Assembly (NCBI GenBank): GCA_043718025.1
Contig: JAYSWN010000055.1
Span: forward strand, 1 to 38,333
Direction: 5' to 3'
Source: Pseudomonadota bacterium
GTDB taxonomy: Bacteria > Bdellovibrionota > FAC87 > UBA2466
DNA: 38,333 nucleotides
Both the position numbers and the translations under genes were made by a program. Position 1 is the stretch's first letter; each line of letters opens with the position of its first letter. Below are positions 24,439-34,131 of the stretch, piece after piece. The notes under the pieces were generated by a model, which saw nothing but the letters and a program-made list of their open reading frames with translations, did not search any database and was not told where the DNA came from.

Positions 24439-25368
24439 TTACACTCGAAAAAAATCGATGGTCTTTCGTAAGCCCTGTTCGAGGCTCACTTGGGGAGTCC
24501 AACCCAGCTTAGTTTGAGCCTGAGTGATGTCTGGCTTTCGTTTTTGAGGGTCGTCCTGCGGTAGCGGCTCAAACACGATCTCGCTCCGTGCGCCAGTGAG
24601 GCGCAAGATTTCCTTCGCAAAATCTAGAACGGTAGTTTCTGTGGGGTTGCCCAGGTTAAACGGACCAATGTGCTCCGATCCGAACACTTTAAGAATCCCG
24701 CTGACCAAATCATCGACGTAGCAAAAACTTCGGGTCTGGTTGCCTTTGCCGTACACCGTAAGCGGCTTGCCGTGCAGCGCCTGCAAACAAAGGTTAGGCA
24801 CTATGCGTCCATCCCCTGCCCGCATCCTTGGGCCATAGGTATTAAAAATCCGAATGAGTCGGATAGGCAGCTGATGCACGCGCCAGTAAGCCATGGCTAA
24901 GGCCTCTAAATACCGTTTGGCCTCGTCGTAGCAAGAACGGGGGCCCAATGTATTCACGTTGCCCCAGTAAGTTTCCTTTTGCGGGTGCTCCAACGGGTCG
25001 CCGTAAATCTCCGACGTACTGGCGAGCAAGACCGGGCATTTTTTTTCGAGCGCGACTTTAAGAACGTTCTCGGTGCCGAGCGAGCCGATGCGCAAGGTTT
25101 CGATAGGAAATTTATGGTAATCCACCGGACTTGCGGGGCTGGCCAGATGAAAAATGCCAGCGAATGCCCCGGACACCGGAATCTCTTTTACGATATCGGC
25201 TTCGACGAGCTGAAATTTTTTATTCGGCGAAAGCGTTTTGAGATTTTGCCGTTGCCCCGTAAAAAAATTATCGACGCAAACCACCTCAGCGCCCAACTCA
25301 AGCAGCCGGTCACAAAGGTGCGAGCCAATAAACCCGGCGCCGCCGGTAACCAAATATCTCCCCTTCAT
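24439..25368 (-). CDS. UDP-glucuronate decarboxylase (UDP-xylose synthase)
   Basis: TGGAGFIGSHL, HLASPASP, ASTSEIYGDP, YWGNVN..GPRSCYDE.KR, RIFNTYGPRM, QTRSFCYV.DL, DDP..RKPDI. Confidence 0.95.
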   Translation of the reverse strand: MKGRYLVTGGAGFIGSHLCDRLLELGAEVVCVDNFFTGQRQNLKTLSPNKKFQLVEADIVKEIPVSGAFAGIFHLASPASPVDYHKFPIETLRIGSLGTENVLKVALEKKCPVLLASTSEIYGDPLEHPQKETYWGNVNTLGPRSCYDEAKRYLEALAMAYWRVHQLPIRLIRIFNTYGPRMRAGDGRIVPNLCLQALHGKPLTVYGKGNQTRSFCYVDDLVSGILKVFGSEHIGPFNLGNPTETTVLDFAKEILRLTGARSEIVFEPLPQDDPQKRKPDITQAQTKLGWTPQVSLEQGLRKTIDFFRV

Positions 25369-25377
25369 GATCTGCCT

Positions 25378-26685
25378 TTAAACATGGTCAGGGCGCCCGA
25401 TGCAAAAATAGGTAAAGCCATAACGACGGGCACTTTCAGGGTTAAACAGATTGCGTCCGTCAAAAAGCACGGGGGTTCTCATTTTCTCTTTTATTCCTTC
25501 GAAATCAGGCGAACGGAATTCATTCCATTCGGTGAGTACGGCCAGAGCATCGGCGCCGGTTACCGCCTCGTAGGCATTATCAAACACCTCTACCCTGTTC
25601 TCAAACATTCGTTTGGCTTCGCGAGCGGCCACCGGATCATAGGCCCGCACTTTGCCTCCGGCCTTTAGAACTTGCTCAATTAAGGTCACCGACGGCGCTT
25701 CGCGCATATCGTCCGTCATGGGCTTGAAAGCAAGTCCCCAAATGGCGACGGTCTTGCCTTTCCAATTGCCTTTAAAATGTCGGTCTAACTTTTCGAACGC
25801 GGTTTTCTTTTGCCGCTCGTTTATGCGGTGAACTGAGTCAAAGAGGCCCATTGGCACTTCTACTGATTTCCCCAAATCGATTAACGCGAGCACGTCTTTC
25901 GGAAAGCACGATCCGCCGTAACCACAGCCCGGATACAAAAACTTATTACCAATTCGCGAATCGGTAATGATACCGCGACGGACTTCGTTAATATCGGCGC
26001 CCACTTTCTCCGCAATGAGTCCCATCTCGTTAATAAAAGAAATTTTAAGGGCGAGAAAGGAGTTGGCGGCATACTTGGCCAGCTCAGCCGATCGCGGTGA
26101 CATGAATAAAACGGGATTCCCCGATCGAACGAATGGGGCGTAGAGATCTTCCATGATCGCCTTGGCCGCTTCAACCCGAAACCCCAGAATGACCCGCTCG
26201 GGGCGTAGAAAGTCATTAATCGCGGTGCCTTCTTTCAAAAACTCTGGATTGGAGACCACATCGATTGCGAAGGCGCAGCCCTTTAGCACCTCACGCACCG
26301 TATCATTAGTGCCAACGGGTACGGTGCTCTTCATCACCACCACGGCTTTATGCTTAAGACAGTTCTTGATGGTTTCTGCGGCTTTGAGCACGTAGCTCAT
26401 GTTGGCGCGGCCATCTGACTCAGAAGGAGTGCCTACCGCAATAAAGACCACCTCCGCGTTTTTCAGTGAGGCTTCAAAATCGGTGGTGAAGGTTAGGCGG
26501 CCCGCCTTGGTATTGCGCGATACCATTTCATCCAAACCAGGCTCAAAAATAGGAATCCGGCCGGCGCGCAGTGAACTCACCTTCTCCGCATCGACATCGA
26601 GGCAAGTGACATGATTGCCCGAGTCAGAAAAACAGGCCCCGGCAACCAACCCCACATAACCTGTTCCCATTACGACGACGCGCAT
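25378..26685 (-). CDS. ugd: UDP-glucose 6-dehydrogenase
   Basis: GTGYVGL, KSTVPVGT, SNPEFLKEG, GYGGSCFPKD, GLAFKP.TDDMREAP, DGRN. Confidence 0.95.
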   Translation of the reverse strand: MRVVVMGTGYVGLVAGACFSDSGNHVTCLDVDAEKVSSLRAGRIPIFEPGLDEMVSRNTKAGRLTFTTDFEASLKNAEVVFIAVGTPSESDGRANMSYVLKAAETIKNCLKHKAVVVMKSTVPVGTNDTVREVLKGCAFAIDVVSNPEFLKEGTAINDFLRPERVILGFRVEAAKAIMEDLYAPFVRSGNPVLFMSPRSAELAKYAANSFLALKISFINEMGLIAEKVGADINEVRRGIITDSRIGNKFLYPGCGYGGSCFPKDVLALIDLGKSVEVPMGLFDSVHRINERQKKTAFEKLDRHFKGNWKGKTVAIWGLAFKPMTDDMREAPSVTLIEQVLKAGGKVRAYDPVAAREAKRMFENRVEVFDNAYEAVTGADALAVLTEWNEFRSPDFEGIKEKMRTPVLFDGRNLFNPESARRYGFTYFCIGRPDHV

Positions 26686-26798
26686 TGTTGTTCACCCTTT
26701 TGTTGGTAGTAGACCGCAATTCAACGCTTTTTTTAGCTGTTTGGAAAGTGGGAAAACCGCTAGACTTTCCCTGATCCCATAACCTAAACCAATACCTC

Positions 26799-27872
26799 AT
26801 GCACAAATCTTCCGACCTCCATAAACAAGGCCAAAAAGCACCCCTGGCCAAAGCGACAAAGTTTAATTTTTGGCCCTGGGCAAAACTTGCCTTGGGGGCC
26901 GCGGTCGTTATTTATGTATTAAAATCGCGCCTCATCGACTTCGAATCTCTAAAAGAGGTGGTTTTTGCGCCTGACGTTATCGCGCTATCGTTTGTCTTTT
27001 TAATTTTCACTACGATCGCCTGTTGCTTCCGCTGGTATTTGCTTACCCGAGCTCAGGGTATCAACGCCTCTTTCCGGGGCATGCTCGAGCTCATGATGAT
27101 CGGTATGTTCTTCAACTTATTTATGCCCGGCTCAGTGGGGGGCGATTTGGTGAAAGGTTGGTACATTGCCAAAGAGCAGCCTACCAAAAAAACGCGGGCG
27201 GTTTTTACCGTGCTGTTCGACCGGGCGATTGGGCTTTCGGTGTTCTTTTTTTCCGCCGCGATCACACTTCTGTTTTTTTCTGAATGGCTGGTGGGGAAAC
27301 CGGCACTCCAGGCAATCGCAGCGCCGATCTGGGGAATTTCAGCCGCCATGTTATTTGGCGCGCTCTTTTTCTTTTCCCCGCTTTGGGACGCTAAGCCCAC
27401 GCAAAAGTTGCTGGGTCTGCTGAGACAACGAGCGGGGCTGGCCAAAGTGGTGGACGCCGCCGACGCTTACCGCGGGCAAATTCCCACCGTAATCGCGGCC
27501 TTCGCGATTTCCATTGTTTCCGTCACCACCAATATTTGGTTTTATTCCTGGCTTGGGCAAAAGTTAGGCATTGTTGCCACCCTTTCCCAGTATTTCTTTT
27601 TGGTGCCGGTTGGACTGACGGCCTCGGCAGTGCCCATTTTACCGGGTGGTATCGGTGTAGGGCAGGTAGCCTTTTTTAAACTGTTTCAATGGGTAGGAAT
27701 TCCTAACCCTGAATTCGGCAGCACCTTGTGCACCATATCGCAAATATTCAGCGTGTTGTTTGGCTGCCTAGGATCCCTCTTTTATTTCAAATACCGTAGC
27801 AAAATGCCTTCCGAGGTAGCCCCGAATGCCGTCGACAAAAGCGATAGTCATCTCGCGCGAAGTCTTCGGTGA
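26799..27872 (+). CDS. Lysylphosphatidylglycerol-synthase-TM / UPF0104 flippase-like membrane protein
   Basis: RW..L, G.FFN..MPGSVGGD..K, DR.IGL, P..PGGIGV; multiple TM helices. Confidence 0.88.
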   Translation: MHKSSDLHKQGQKAPLAKATKFNFWPWAKLALGAAVVIYVLKSRLIDFESLKEVVFAPDVIALSFVFLIFTTIACCFRWYLLTRAQGINASFRGMLELMMIGMFFNLFMPGSVGGDLVKGWYIAKEQPTKKTRAVFTVLFDRAIGLSVFFFSAAITLLFFSEWLVGKPALQAIAAPIWGISAAMLFGALFFFSPLWDAKPTQKLLGLLRQRAGLAKVVDAADAYRGQIPTVIAAFAISIVSVTTNIWFYSWLGQKLGIVATLSQYFFLVPVGLTASAVPILPGGIGVGQVAFFKLFQWVGIPNPEFGSTLCTISQIFSVLFGCLGSLFYFKYRSKMPSEVAPNAVDKSDSHLARSLR

Positions 27873-28551
27873 AGCTGACCTTTACGTCCAGTTTTTAACC
27901 AAAGACTGGGGCATGGTTACCCTGCTCGCAAAAGCCGGACGAAAAAGCAAACGCCGCTACGTGGGTGGTCTCGACCTTTTTTGCCACAACGAAATCTTTG
28001 TAAAGAATCACCAAAAAGAGCGCGCCTACCTAAATGAACTGACCGTGCTCAATTGCTTTGGCGCTCTGCGCGACGATTTGGACCGACTGCAGGTGGCGGG
28101 CCGGGCCCTAACCTGGGTAAAAAAATTGGTTAATCTGGCCTCGCCGGTACCGGGCATCTACAGCCTGCTCGGCCAGACCTTGGCGCTCATCGAAAAAGAG
28201 AACGACTCCAAGCGACTCGAAATTCTGCTTTTCATCTTCAAATTGAAACTGATTGAGAGTCTAGGCATCAAGCCTGAAGTAGAAAATTGCGCCCGCTGCC
28301 ATTCAGAAATTCAGGGCGCGGTAAATTTTGATTTTCCTTCCGGCGGCGCACTCTGCCGCAAATGCGTACCGACTTCCCGGGAAGAGGATCGGCTGCTCGA
28401 TGAAGAAGATCGAAATATATTAAATAATGGGTTCAACGTACGGTTGGTGGACTGGCCCGAGACAAGATTTCCCGACCAGCGATCGCAGTCGCTCAATCGA
28501 CTCATTACCCACTTCACCTCGTTTCACACTAACGTACGTTTACCCAACTAA
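27826..28551 (+). CDS. recO: DNA repair protein RecO
   Basis: AIVI....FGEAD..V..LT...G....AK..RKSK.R, C.RC and GG.LC..C zinc finger. Confidence 0.92.
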   Translation: MPSTKAIVISREVFGEADLYVQFLTKDWGMVTLLAKAGRKSKRRYVGGLDLFCHNEIFVKNHQKERAYLNELTVLNCFGALRDDLDRLQVAGRALTWVKKLVNLASPVPGIYSLLGQTLALIEKENDSKRLEILLFIFKLKLIESLGIKPEVENCARCHSEIQGAVNFDFPSGGALCRKCVPTSREEDRLLDEEDRNILNNGFNVRLVDWPETRFPDQRSQSLNRLITHFTSFHTNVRLPN

Positions 28552-28564
28552 CCGTCACAAGACG

Positions 28565-31500
28565 TTAGTCGCGTAACTTAGTGTGAGCCGCCCCTTGCAT
28601 AGTTTGAGTGCTTTTAGCGACCACCACGTCTTTGTCGCGCTGATCAGCACTCAACGTACCGGCGCCAGATAACCGGCGAAACTGGCCTTCGAACCAGACC
28701 CGAAAACGGTCAACGTAAAGAAAGGCCGAAGGCACCACTACCAAGGTCAGTACGGTGGAAGAGATCAAACCACCGATAATACCCAACCCCATACTGGTGC
28801 GCTGCTTTGACGCCTCATTTAGCCCGATTGCCACGGGGATCATGCCGGCGATCAGCGCGAAGGAGGTCATTAAGATGGGGCGCAAACGCGTGCGACCGGC
28901 AAGAACCACCGCCGGGACTCTCTCCATCCCCTCCCGCATTAACTGAAGAGTGTAATCGACAAGAAGAATGGAATTTTTACTCGCTACACCAAGCAACATC
29001 ACAATGCCCAAGCCCGCGAATAAATTTAGCGAACCGTTGAAAAGGAATATCCCCACGAAGGCGCCGCATAGGGCTAGCGGCAGTGCCAACATGATCGTAA
29101 AGGGAGTGATGAACGATTCGTAAAGACTGGCGAGCACCAAAAATACGAAAAGTAGACCGGTTCCAATTGCCAGGATCATCGACTCGCCGAGTTCCTTAAA
29201 GTTCTCGGAATTACCTACCAACACCGATCGCACCCCTGACGGTAGTTTGCCATCAGCCGACGCCAAGTGCCGATCCATATCAGAAATCACTTCACCAATG
29301 CCGTAGCCTTGAGCCACATCGGCGGTGAATTGAACGTACCGGCCACGATCCTGACGGTTGACCACCGAAGGGCCTCCGCGTTGCTCGCCATCGGCAACGG
29401 CCGCCAAACGCACCAAGCGGTTATTGACGTTAGGCACCAGAATTTGGCCAAAACCTTCGCGAATGTTCCGTTGCTCGGGCAACAGGCGAACCCGAATATC
29501 GTACTCCCGTCCATCTTGCCTAAACTTTGCCGGAGTGATGCCTTCGACTTGCGCCCGAAGCTCCTCACCCATCGAGCGTGTGCTGATGCCATACCGCTCA
29601 GCCGCGCCGGGTTTAAGGGTGACCTGAAACTCTGGTTTTCCCGGACGAAAGTTGGTGTCAACTTCGACCAATCGTTTGTCGTTCTTTAAATAAGTACCTA
29701 GCTTAGCGGTGGCCAACTCTAACTCTTTCTGGTCAGAACCCACCAAGTTCATCATGAAAGGGCTGGTAGCGCCCGCTCCGGCCGGATCGTAGTTGATAAC
29801 TTTGGGATTGGCGCCGGCGAGTGGCGTACGAATTTGATCGCGTACGATATCTTTCAACTTTACGCCGTCAATTTTCCGCAAATTTGATGGCGTCATTCGC
29901 ACGTAGATTTGAGCAAAGTTTGCCTCGCCATTGCGACTGCCGACGGTCACGGCCGTAACCGCAACCTCTTTGTTTCCCCGAACGATCTCATCGGCCTTGG
30001 TCGCCGCAAGGTTCGTTTCATCTAAATTTGATCCGGACGGAAGCTCCAGCGTAACCATAAATTCATCCATGCCGTCTTGGGGAATAAAGGTTCTTGGAAT
30101 CTTGATAACCGTGGCCATGCTGACCAGAAAAACCACGAAACTAATCCCCAAAGTTACCGATGGCCATTTGAGGGTAAAACCTAAGAGCGCTTCGTACTTA
30201 TTTTCCAACCAGGTCTGAAAACGATCGAACGCACGAACTAAGGCACCAACCGTGTTGCCCCAAATTCCGCCGGGATTGTGTTTTATGTCGTGGGTTCGGC
30301 CCGCAAAGTATGCCGACAACATCGGCGCAATGGTAAGCGCATCAAACAGCGAAATCATCATCGCAAAACAGATGGTTAGGCCAAATTGCTTGAGAAACTG
30401 GCCGACGATGCCTTTCATGAAAGCAACCGGGCCGAACATAGCGATAATAACGAGGGTTGTGGCCACTACCGCTAGGGTGACCTCCTTGGTGCCTTCGCTA
30501 GCGGCGGTAACGGGGTCGGCCCCATTTTCTAGCTTCCTAAAAATATTTTCTCGCACAACGATCGCGTCATCGATAAGTAGCCCCACGGCGAGGCTTAACG
30601 ACAATAGCGTCACGATATTAATGGAGAAGCCCGCCACCGCCATCAAAATGAAAGCGCCTAATAACGAGTTAGGAAGCGCCATGCCAGTGATGAAGGTCGA
30701 ACGCGCACTGCCCAGAAAGAAAAACACCACCAAAATGGTAAGCAGAATACCGATGGAGATAGTTTCTTGAACGTCGTAAACGTTATCCGCAATCTTTTTA
30801 CCGGCATCACGCACCAACACCAATTTGGCCGGAATCTTTTGGGTTACCAGTTCGGCGTTTAGCTTCTCCATCGTCGCTTTAACGCTTTTCACCACGGCTA
30901 AGGTGTTGGAGCCGCTCTGACGGAAAACTTCGATGAAAATGGCTTTCTTTCCGTTCACGAAAGCGCGGGATTTTTCATCTTCTAACGTGTCAGCCACGCG
31001 ACCCACATCCGACAATTTGGTCGGTACGTCGTTGCCGTACATGCTAATGAGGGTGTTAGAGATCTCCCCCACGTTCTTAAATTCTCCTAGACTTCTAAAA
31101 ACGGTTTCGCTTTTCCCCTCGTTCACTTTACCGCTGGGAATATTTTGGCCCGAGGAGGCCAGACGGGCGGCCACGCCGACAACGGGAATTTCGCGATCGC
31201 GAAGTTTATTGCGATCCATGTACACATGAATCTCGCGTTTTCGTCCGCCCACGATATCAACCGTACCCACATCCTTTATTTGCTCAAAACGAGGCTTCAC
31301 CATTTGGTCGGCCACATCAAAGAGTTCAGCGGGCGCTAGGTCTGATTCAAGCGAAAGACTCAAAATTGCTTGGTCGGCAGGGTCAATCCTTCGAATCACC
31401 GGCTCCTTGGCCTCGCGTGGCATTTTAGTCTTAGCGACACTCACCCGATCACGAATCTGCTGCTCAGCGTACTTAATGTCGGTTTCAAGCCGGAATTCAG

Positions 31501-31777
31501 CAACGACTTGGCTCACCCCTTCAAAACTTTTTGAAGTGAGGCGTTTCATGCCCGAAATGGTACTCAGCTCGTCTTCAACCGGTTTAGTGACCAGGGTTTC
31601 AATTTCAGACGGGCCCGCACCGGGATAGACGGTGGTCACGGTTACAATCGGAAAATTCACGTCAGGAAAAAGATCGACGGGCAGGCTCTTTAAAGACATG
31701 TAGCCCACGACCAACAATAAAATCACGATGCAGGTGATAAAGATGGGTCGCTTAATAGACAGATCAGCTAGATTCAT
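28565..31777 (-). CDS. RND efflux permease (AcrB/MdtB-like)
   Basis: SIKRPI, YPGA.P.EIE, GLLIDDAIVV.ENI, KNSILLVD, RLRPILMT; 1070 aa. Confidence 0.96.
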   Translation of the reverse strand: MNLADLSIKRPIFITCIVILLLVVGYMSLKSLPVDLFPDVNFPIVTVTTVYPGAGPSEIETLVTKPVEDELSTISGMKRLTSKSFEGVSQVVAEFRLETDIKYAEQQIRDRVSVAKTKMPREAKEPVIRRIDPADQAILSLSLESDLAPAELFDVADQMVKPRFEQIKDVGTVDIVGGRKREIHVYMDRNKLRDREIPVVGVAARLASSGQNIPSGKVNEGKSETVFRSLGEFKNVGEISNTLISMYGNDVPTKLSDVGRVADTLEDEKSRAFVNGKKAIFIEVFRQSGSNTLAVVKSVKATMEKLNAELVTQKIPAKLVLVRDAGKKIADNVYDVQETISIGILLTILVVFFFLGSARSTFITGMALPNSLLGAFILMAVAGFSINIVTLLSLSLAVGLLIDDAIVVRENIFRKLENGADPVTAASEGTKEVTLAVVATTLVIIAMFGPVAFMKGIVGQFLKQFGLTICFAMMISLFDALTIAPMLSAYFAGRTHDIKHNPGGIWGNTVGALVRAFDRFQTWLENKYEALLGFTLKWPSVTLGISFVVFLVSMATVIKIPRTFIPQDGMDEFMVTLELPSGSNLDETNLAATKADEIVRGNKEVAVTAVTVGSRNGEANFAQIYVRMTPSNLRKIDGVKLKDIVRDQIRTPLAGANPKVINYDPAGAGATSPFMMNLVGSDQKELELATAKLGTYLKNDKRLVEVDTNFRPGKPEFQVTLKPGAAERYGISTRSMGEELRAQVEGITPAKFRQDGREYDIRVRLLPEQRNIREGFGQILVPNVNNRLVRLAAVADGEQRGGPSVVNRQDRGRYVQFTADVAQGYGIGEVISDMDRHLASADGKLPSGVRSVLVGNSENFKELGESMILAIGTGLLFVFLVLASLYESFITPFTIMLALPLALCGAFVGIFLFNGSLNLFAGLGIVMLLGVASKNSILLVDYTLQLMREGMERVPAVVLAGRTRLRPILMTSFALIAGMIPVAIGLNEASKQRTSMGLGIIGGLISSTVLTLVVVPSAFLYVDRFRVWFEGQFRRLSGAGTLSADQRDKDVVVAKSTQTMQGAAHTKLRD

Positions 31778-33213
31778 GGCGTCACCTCTTCATAGAGCTT
31801 CATCTGAGCTCGGACTTGTAGCGCTTCGAACGCCGCACGAACCTTTACTAAGCCGCTCAGCGTGTACTCTTGCTCAATCAAAAGCTGTTGGTACGTCGTG
31901 GTGCGCCCTTGTTTTAAACGCTGCCGCTCGTAGGTTAGTTTCTCTTCCTGAGCTGATTCCATTATTTCGGCCAAATGAAAACGCTCTTTGGCGTCGGTGA
32001 GCTTCTCGGTGAGATCTTCCCACTGTTGCTTTTCATCGTATTGTTTCTGCGCCAATCCCAATTGGGCGGCCCGTTCCATACGGCTTGCACCCCGGCGCGA
32101 GTCAGAGGTAGCGCCTAGATCCAAGGGCATTAAAAATTTTATTCCGGCCCCTACCGTAGGACGACCCGCCTGGTAGGCATTCCAAGTTGATTGCCCAACC
32201 TCAGCGTCGCGACCGTTTAGAGCCCAGCTGGCATAAAGATCCAACTGCGGCTTATCTTTTTCCCCCAACATCACCGCATTGGCCTCCGACATTTTCAGTT
32301 GCGCCTGAGCCGCTTTGACGTCGGGGCGAACCGAGCGATTTTCGGGGATCTCGAGCTGCGAAATTTCGGACCAATTGAGCGGCTCCAAGGCGTCAACCAA
32401 TTGATTGGTGGGGGCGTTTCTTAGCGCATTAAACTGGCGCATGGCCGCCCGCACTTCATCTTTCGCAGTTTTTAAATCTAAGCGGCGAGTCTCAAGTGCC
32501 GCCTTACTCTGCAGCACATCGGCTTTATCCGTAAGGTTGGAGGAAGCTTTTTCGGTAATGTATTTGAACAATTGTCCGGAAGCGGAAATGGCCGCCTCGT
32601 TCTGTTTCACCACTTCCCGCGCCGCCGCCAGCCTCCAGTAAGCAATCTCGGCCATCAATTCAGTACCCTTACGCTCGGCTTCAGAAGCAAACGTTTCTGC
32701 CTCCGATTGAGCCGTAAGCAAACGTTCGGTAGCTCGGGTGCCGCTGCCAAAACCGTTTTGCCACAACGACTGATTCAACTCGACGATGGGGCGAGCATCC
32801 CAAAACTTAAGCAATGCGGGTCCCGAAGCGGTAGGAGGAAGCGAAGCCCCCAAATAATTGGTGAAGTCCCATTGGTAAGACAGCTTCGCGGTAAGACCAA
32901 AGCTGGTCTGCTTTTGAACCCCAATGGCAAATTGATGGGTGTCGAGTTCGGTGTACTGAAAAAACGGCAGCTGCGGCAACTTTTTATCGAAGCGGAAATT
33001 TACGTTAGCGAAAAGCGCCGGCGAATAAAGCAGGTCGGCCTGACTCCCTCGCTCTTTAGACCCCTCACGTTTTTCCACCGCACTCTGGTAGCCGTGATTT
33101 TCTTTACGCACCTCTTGCAGGTAATCCTTTAAGGAGAGAGCCTCGCCTCGCACGGTGGCGTGCACCAGAAAAAAGGTGGCGGCGGCAATCTGCAACCACC
33201 GCATCGTTTTCAT
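31774..33213 (-). CDS. TolC family outer-membrane efflux protein
   Basis: Signal peptide, QSLW..GFG, AYW.L, RPD, P.LDL, long helical repeats; ATGA overlap with the RND gene. Start 33213 or 33204. Confidence 0.88.
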   Translation of the reverse strand: MKTMRWLQIAAATFFLVHATVRGEALSLKDYLQEVRKENHGYQSAVEKREGSKERGSQADLLYSPALFANVNFRFDKKLPQLPFFQYTELDTHQFAIGVQKQTSFGLTAKLSYQWDFTNYLGASLPPTASGPALLKFWDARPIVELNQSLWQNGFGSGTRATERLLTAQSEAETFASEAERKGTELMAEIAYWRLAAAREVVKQNEAAISASGQLFKYITEKASSNLTDKADVLQSKAALETRRLDLKTAKDEVRAAMRQFNALRNAPTNQLVDALEPLNWSEISQLEIPENRSVRPDVKAAQAQLKMSEANAVMLGEKDKPQLDLYASWALNGRDAEVGQSTWNAYQAGRPTVGAGIKFLMPLDLGATSDSRRGASRMERAAQLGLAQKQYDEKQQWEDLTEKLTDAKERFHLAEIMESAQEEKLTYERQRLKQGRTTTYQQLLIEQEYTLSGLVKVRAAFEALQVRAQMKLYEEVTP

Positions 33214-33290
33214 TTTATGGTGAGCTTTAAGGGGAAGATTCTCACAAACCGCTTGTCGCGCGAACGACATATTGTAAACCTCAACGTGAT

Positions 33291-33357
33291 GTAATCAGCT
33301 ACTTACTTGAGCAGTGTGACCCGAGAAAATGTGAAACGCAAGTAATTACTTGCTTAC
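33291..33357. promoter_or_regulatory. Two GTAAT-N6-CTTAC operator-like sites between tolC and tetR
   Basis: GTAATCAGCTACTTAC (33291-33306) and GTAATTACTTGCTTAC (33342-33357); the second overlaps perfect palindrome GCAAGTAATTACTTGC (33338-33353). Confidence 0.65.
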
Positions 33358-33425
33358 ATTGGTTAAATAACCGTTATTAATAAATTATCTTGATATCGCA
33401 ACATATTTTTTATAGAGTGGTAAGG

Positions 33426-34073
33426 GTGAGTTTAGCCAAGCACAAATTGCCCCGTCGTCAGCCCAGTAAAAGACGTGATTCGCAAGACACCCGGCGCCGT
33501 TTATTGGACGCCGCTAAGATTCTTTTTTCAGATGCGGGCTACGAAGCTACCACTACGAAAATGATCGCTAAGAAGGCGAAAGTGAATGAGTCACTCATTC
33601 AACGTTATTTCGAAAGCAAAAGCGGTTTACTGATCTCTCTTTTTCATCATTTTAAAGAAGAGGTAGATGGAGTCGAATCGGCTTTTCCGCACGGTGAGAC
33701 GTTGGAAGACGATCTTTACAATTTTTTTATGGTTCGCTTAACGGTAGCCCGGGAGCGACACGAAGAGATGCGCCTGATCATTTCACGGGCGATCGTTGAT
33801 CCGGCTTTAGCCGAGGAGATGGGAAAGAAAGTGTGCGGTGGCGGGATGCCGGGGCTTCAGGATCGGCTTGAGTTCTGGAAAAAAGGTGGCGCGATTCGAG
33901 ACGACGTAGATCTGCTATCCGCCAGCATCGGAATTTCTGGTTATGCATTCGTAACCTCGTTTTTTGCGCAGGTGATCTTTTGTATGGATAGCGAAGCCCT
34001 TTGCCTCAAACTTCGCCAAATGGCCGGAGTTTACGCCCGTGGGTTGGGGCCGGACGATAGAAAGGCAAAATAG
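33426..34073 (+). CDS. TetR/AcrR family regulator, divergent from tolC-RND
   Basis: TRRRLLDAAK.LF...GYE.TTTK.IAK.A.VNESLI.RYF.SK; start uncertain (33390-33426). Confidence 0.93.
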   Translation: MSLAKHKLPRRQPSKRRDSQDTRRRLLDAAKILFSDAGYEATTTKMIAKKAKVNESLIQRYFESKSGLLISLFHHFKEEVDGVESAFPHGETLEDDLYNFFMVRLTVARERHEEMRLIISRAIVDPALAEEMGKKVCGGGMPGLQDRLEFWKKGGAIRDDVDLLSASIGISGYAFVTSFFAQVIFCMDSEALCLKLRQMAGVYARGLGPDDRKAK

Positions 34074-34131
34074 CCCCGTCCGCTCCCTACAGTTGAGTGG
34101 CTAAACTCACAAAAGCTGGAGCAGTTCCCCT

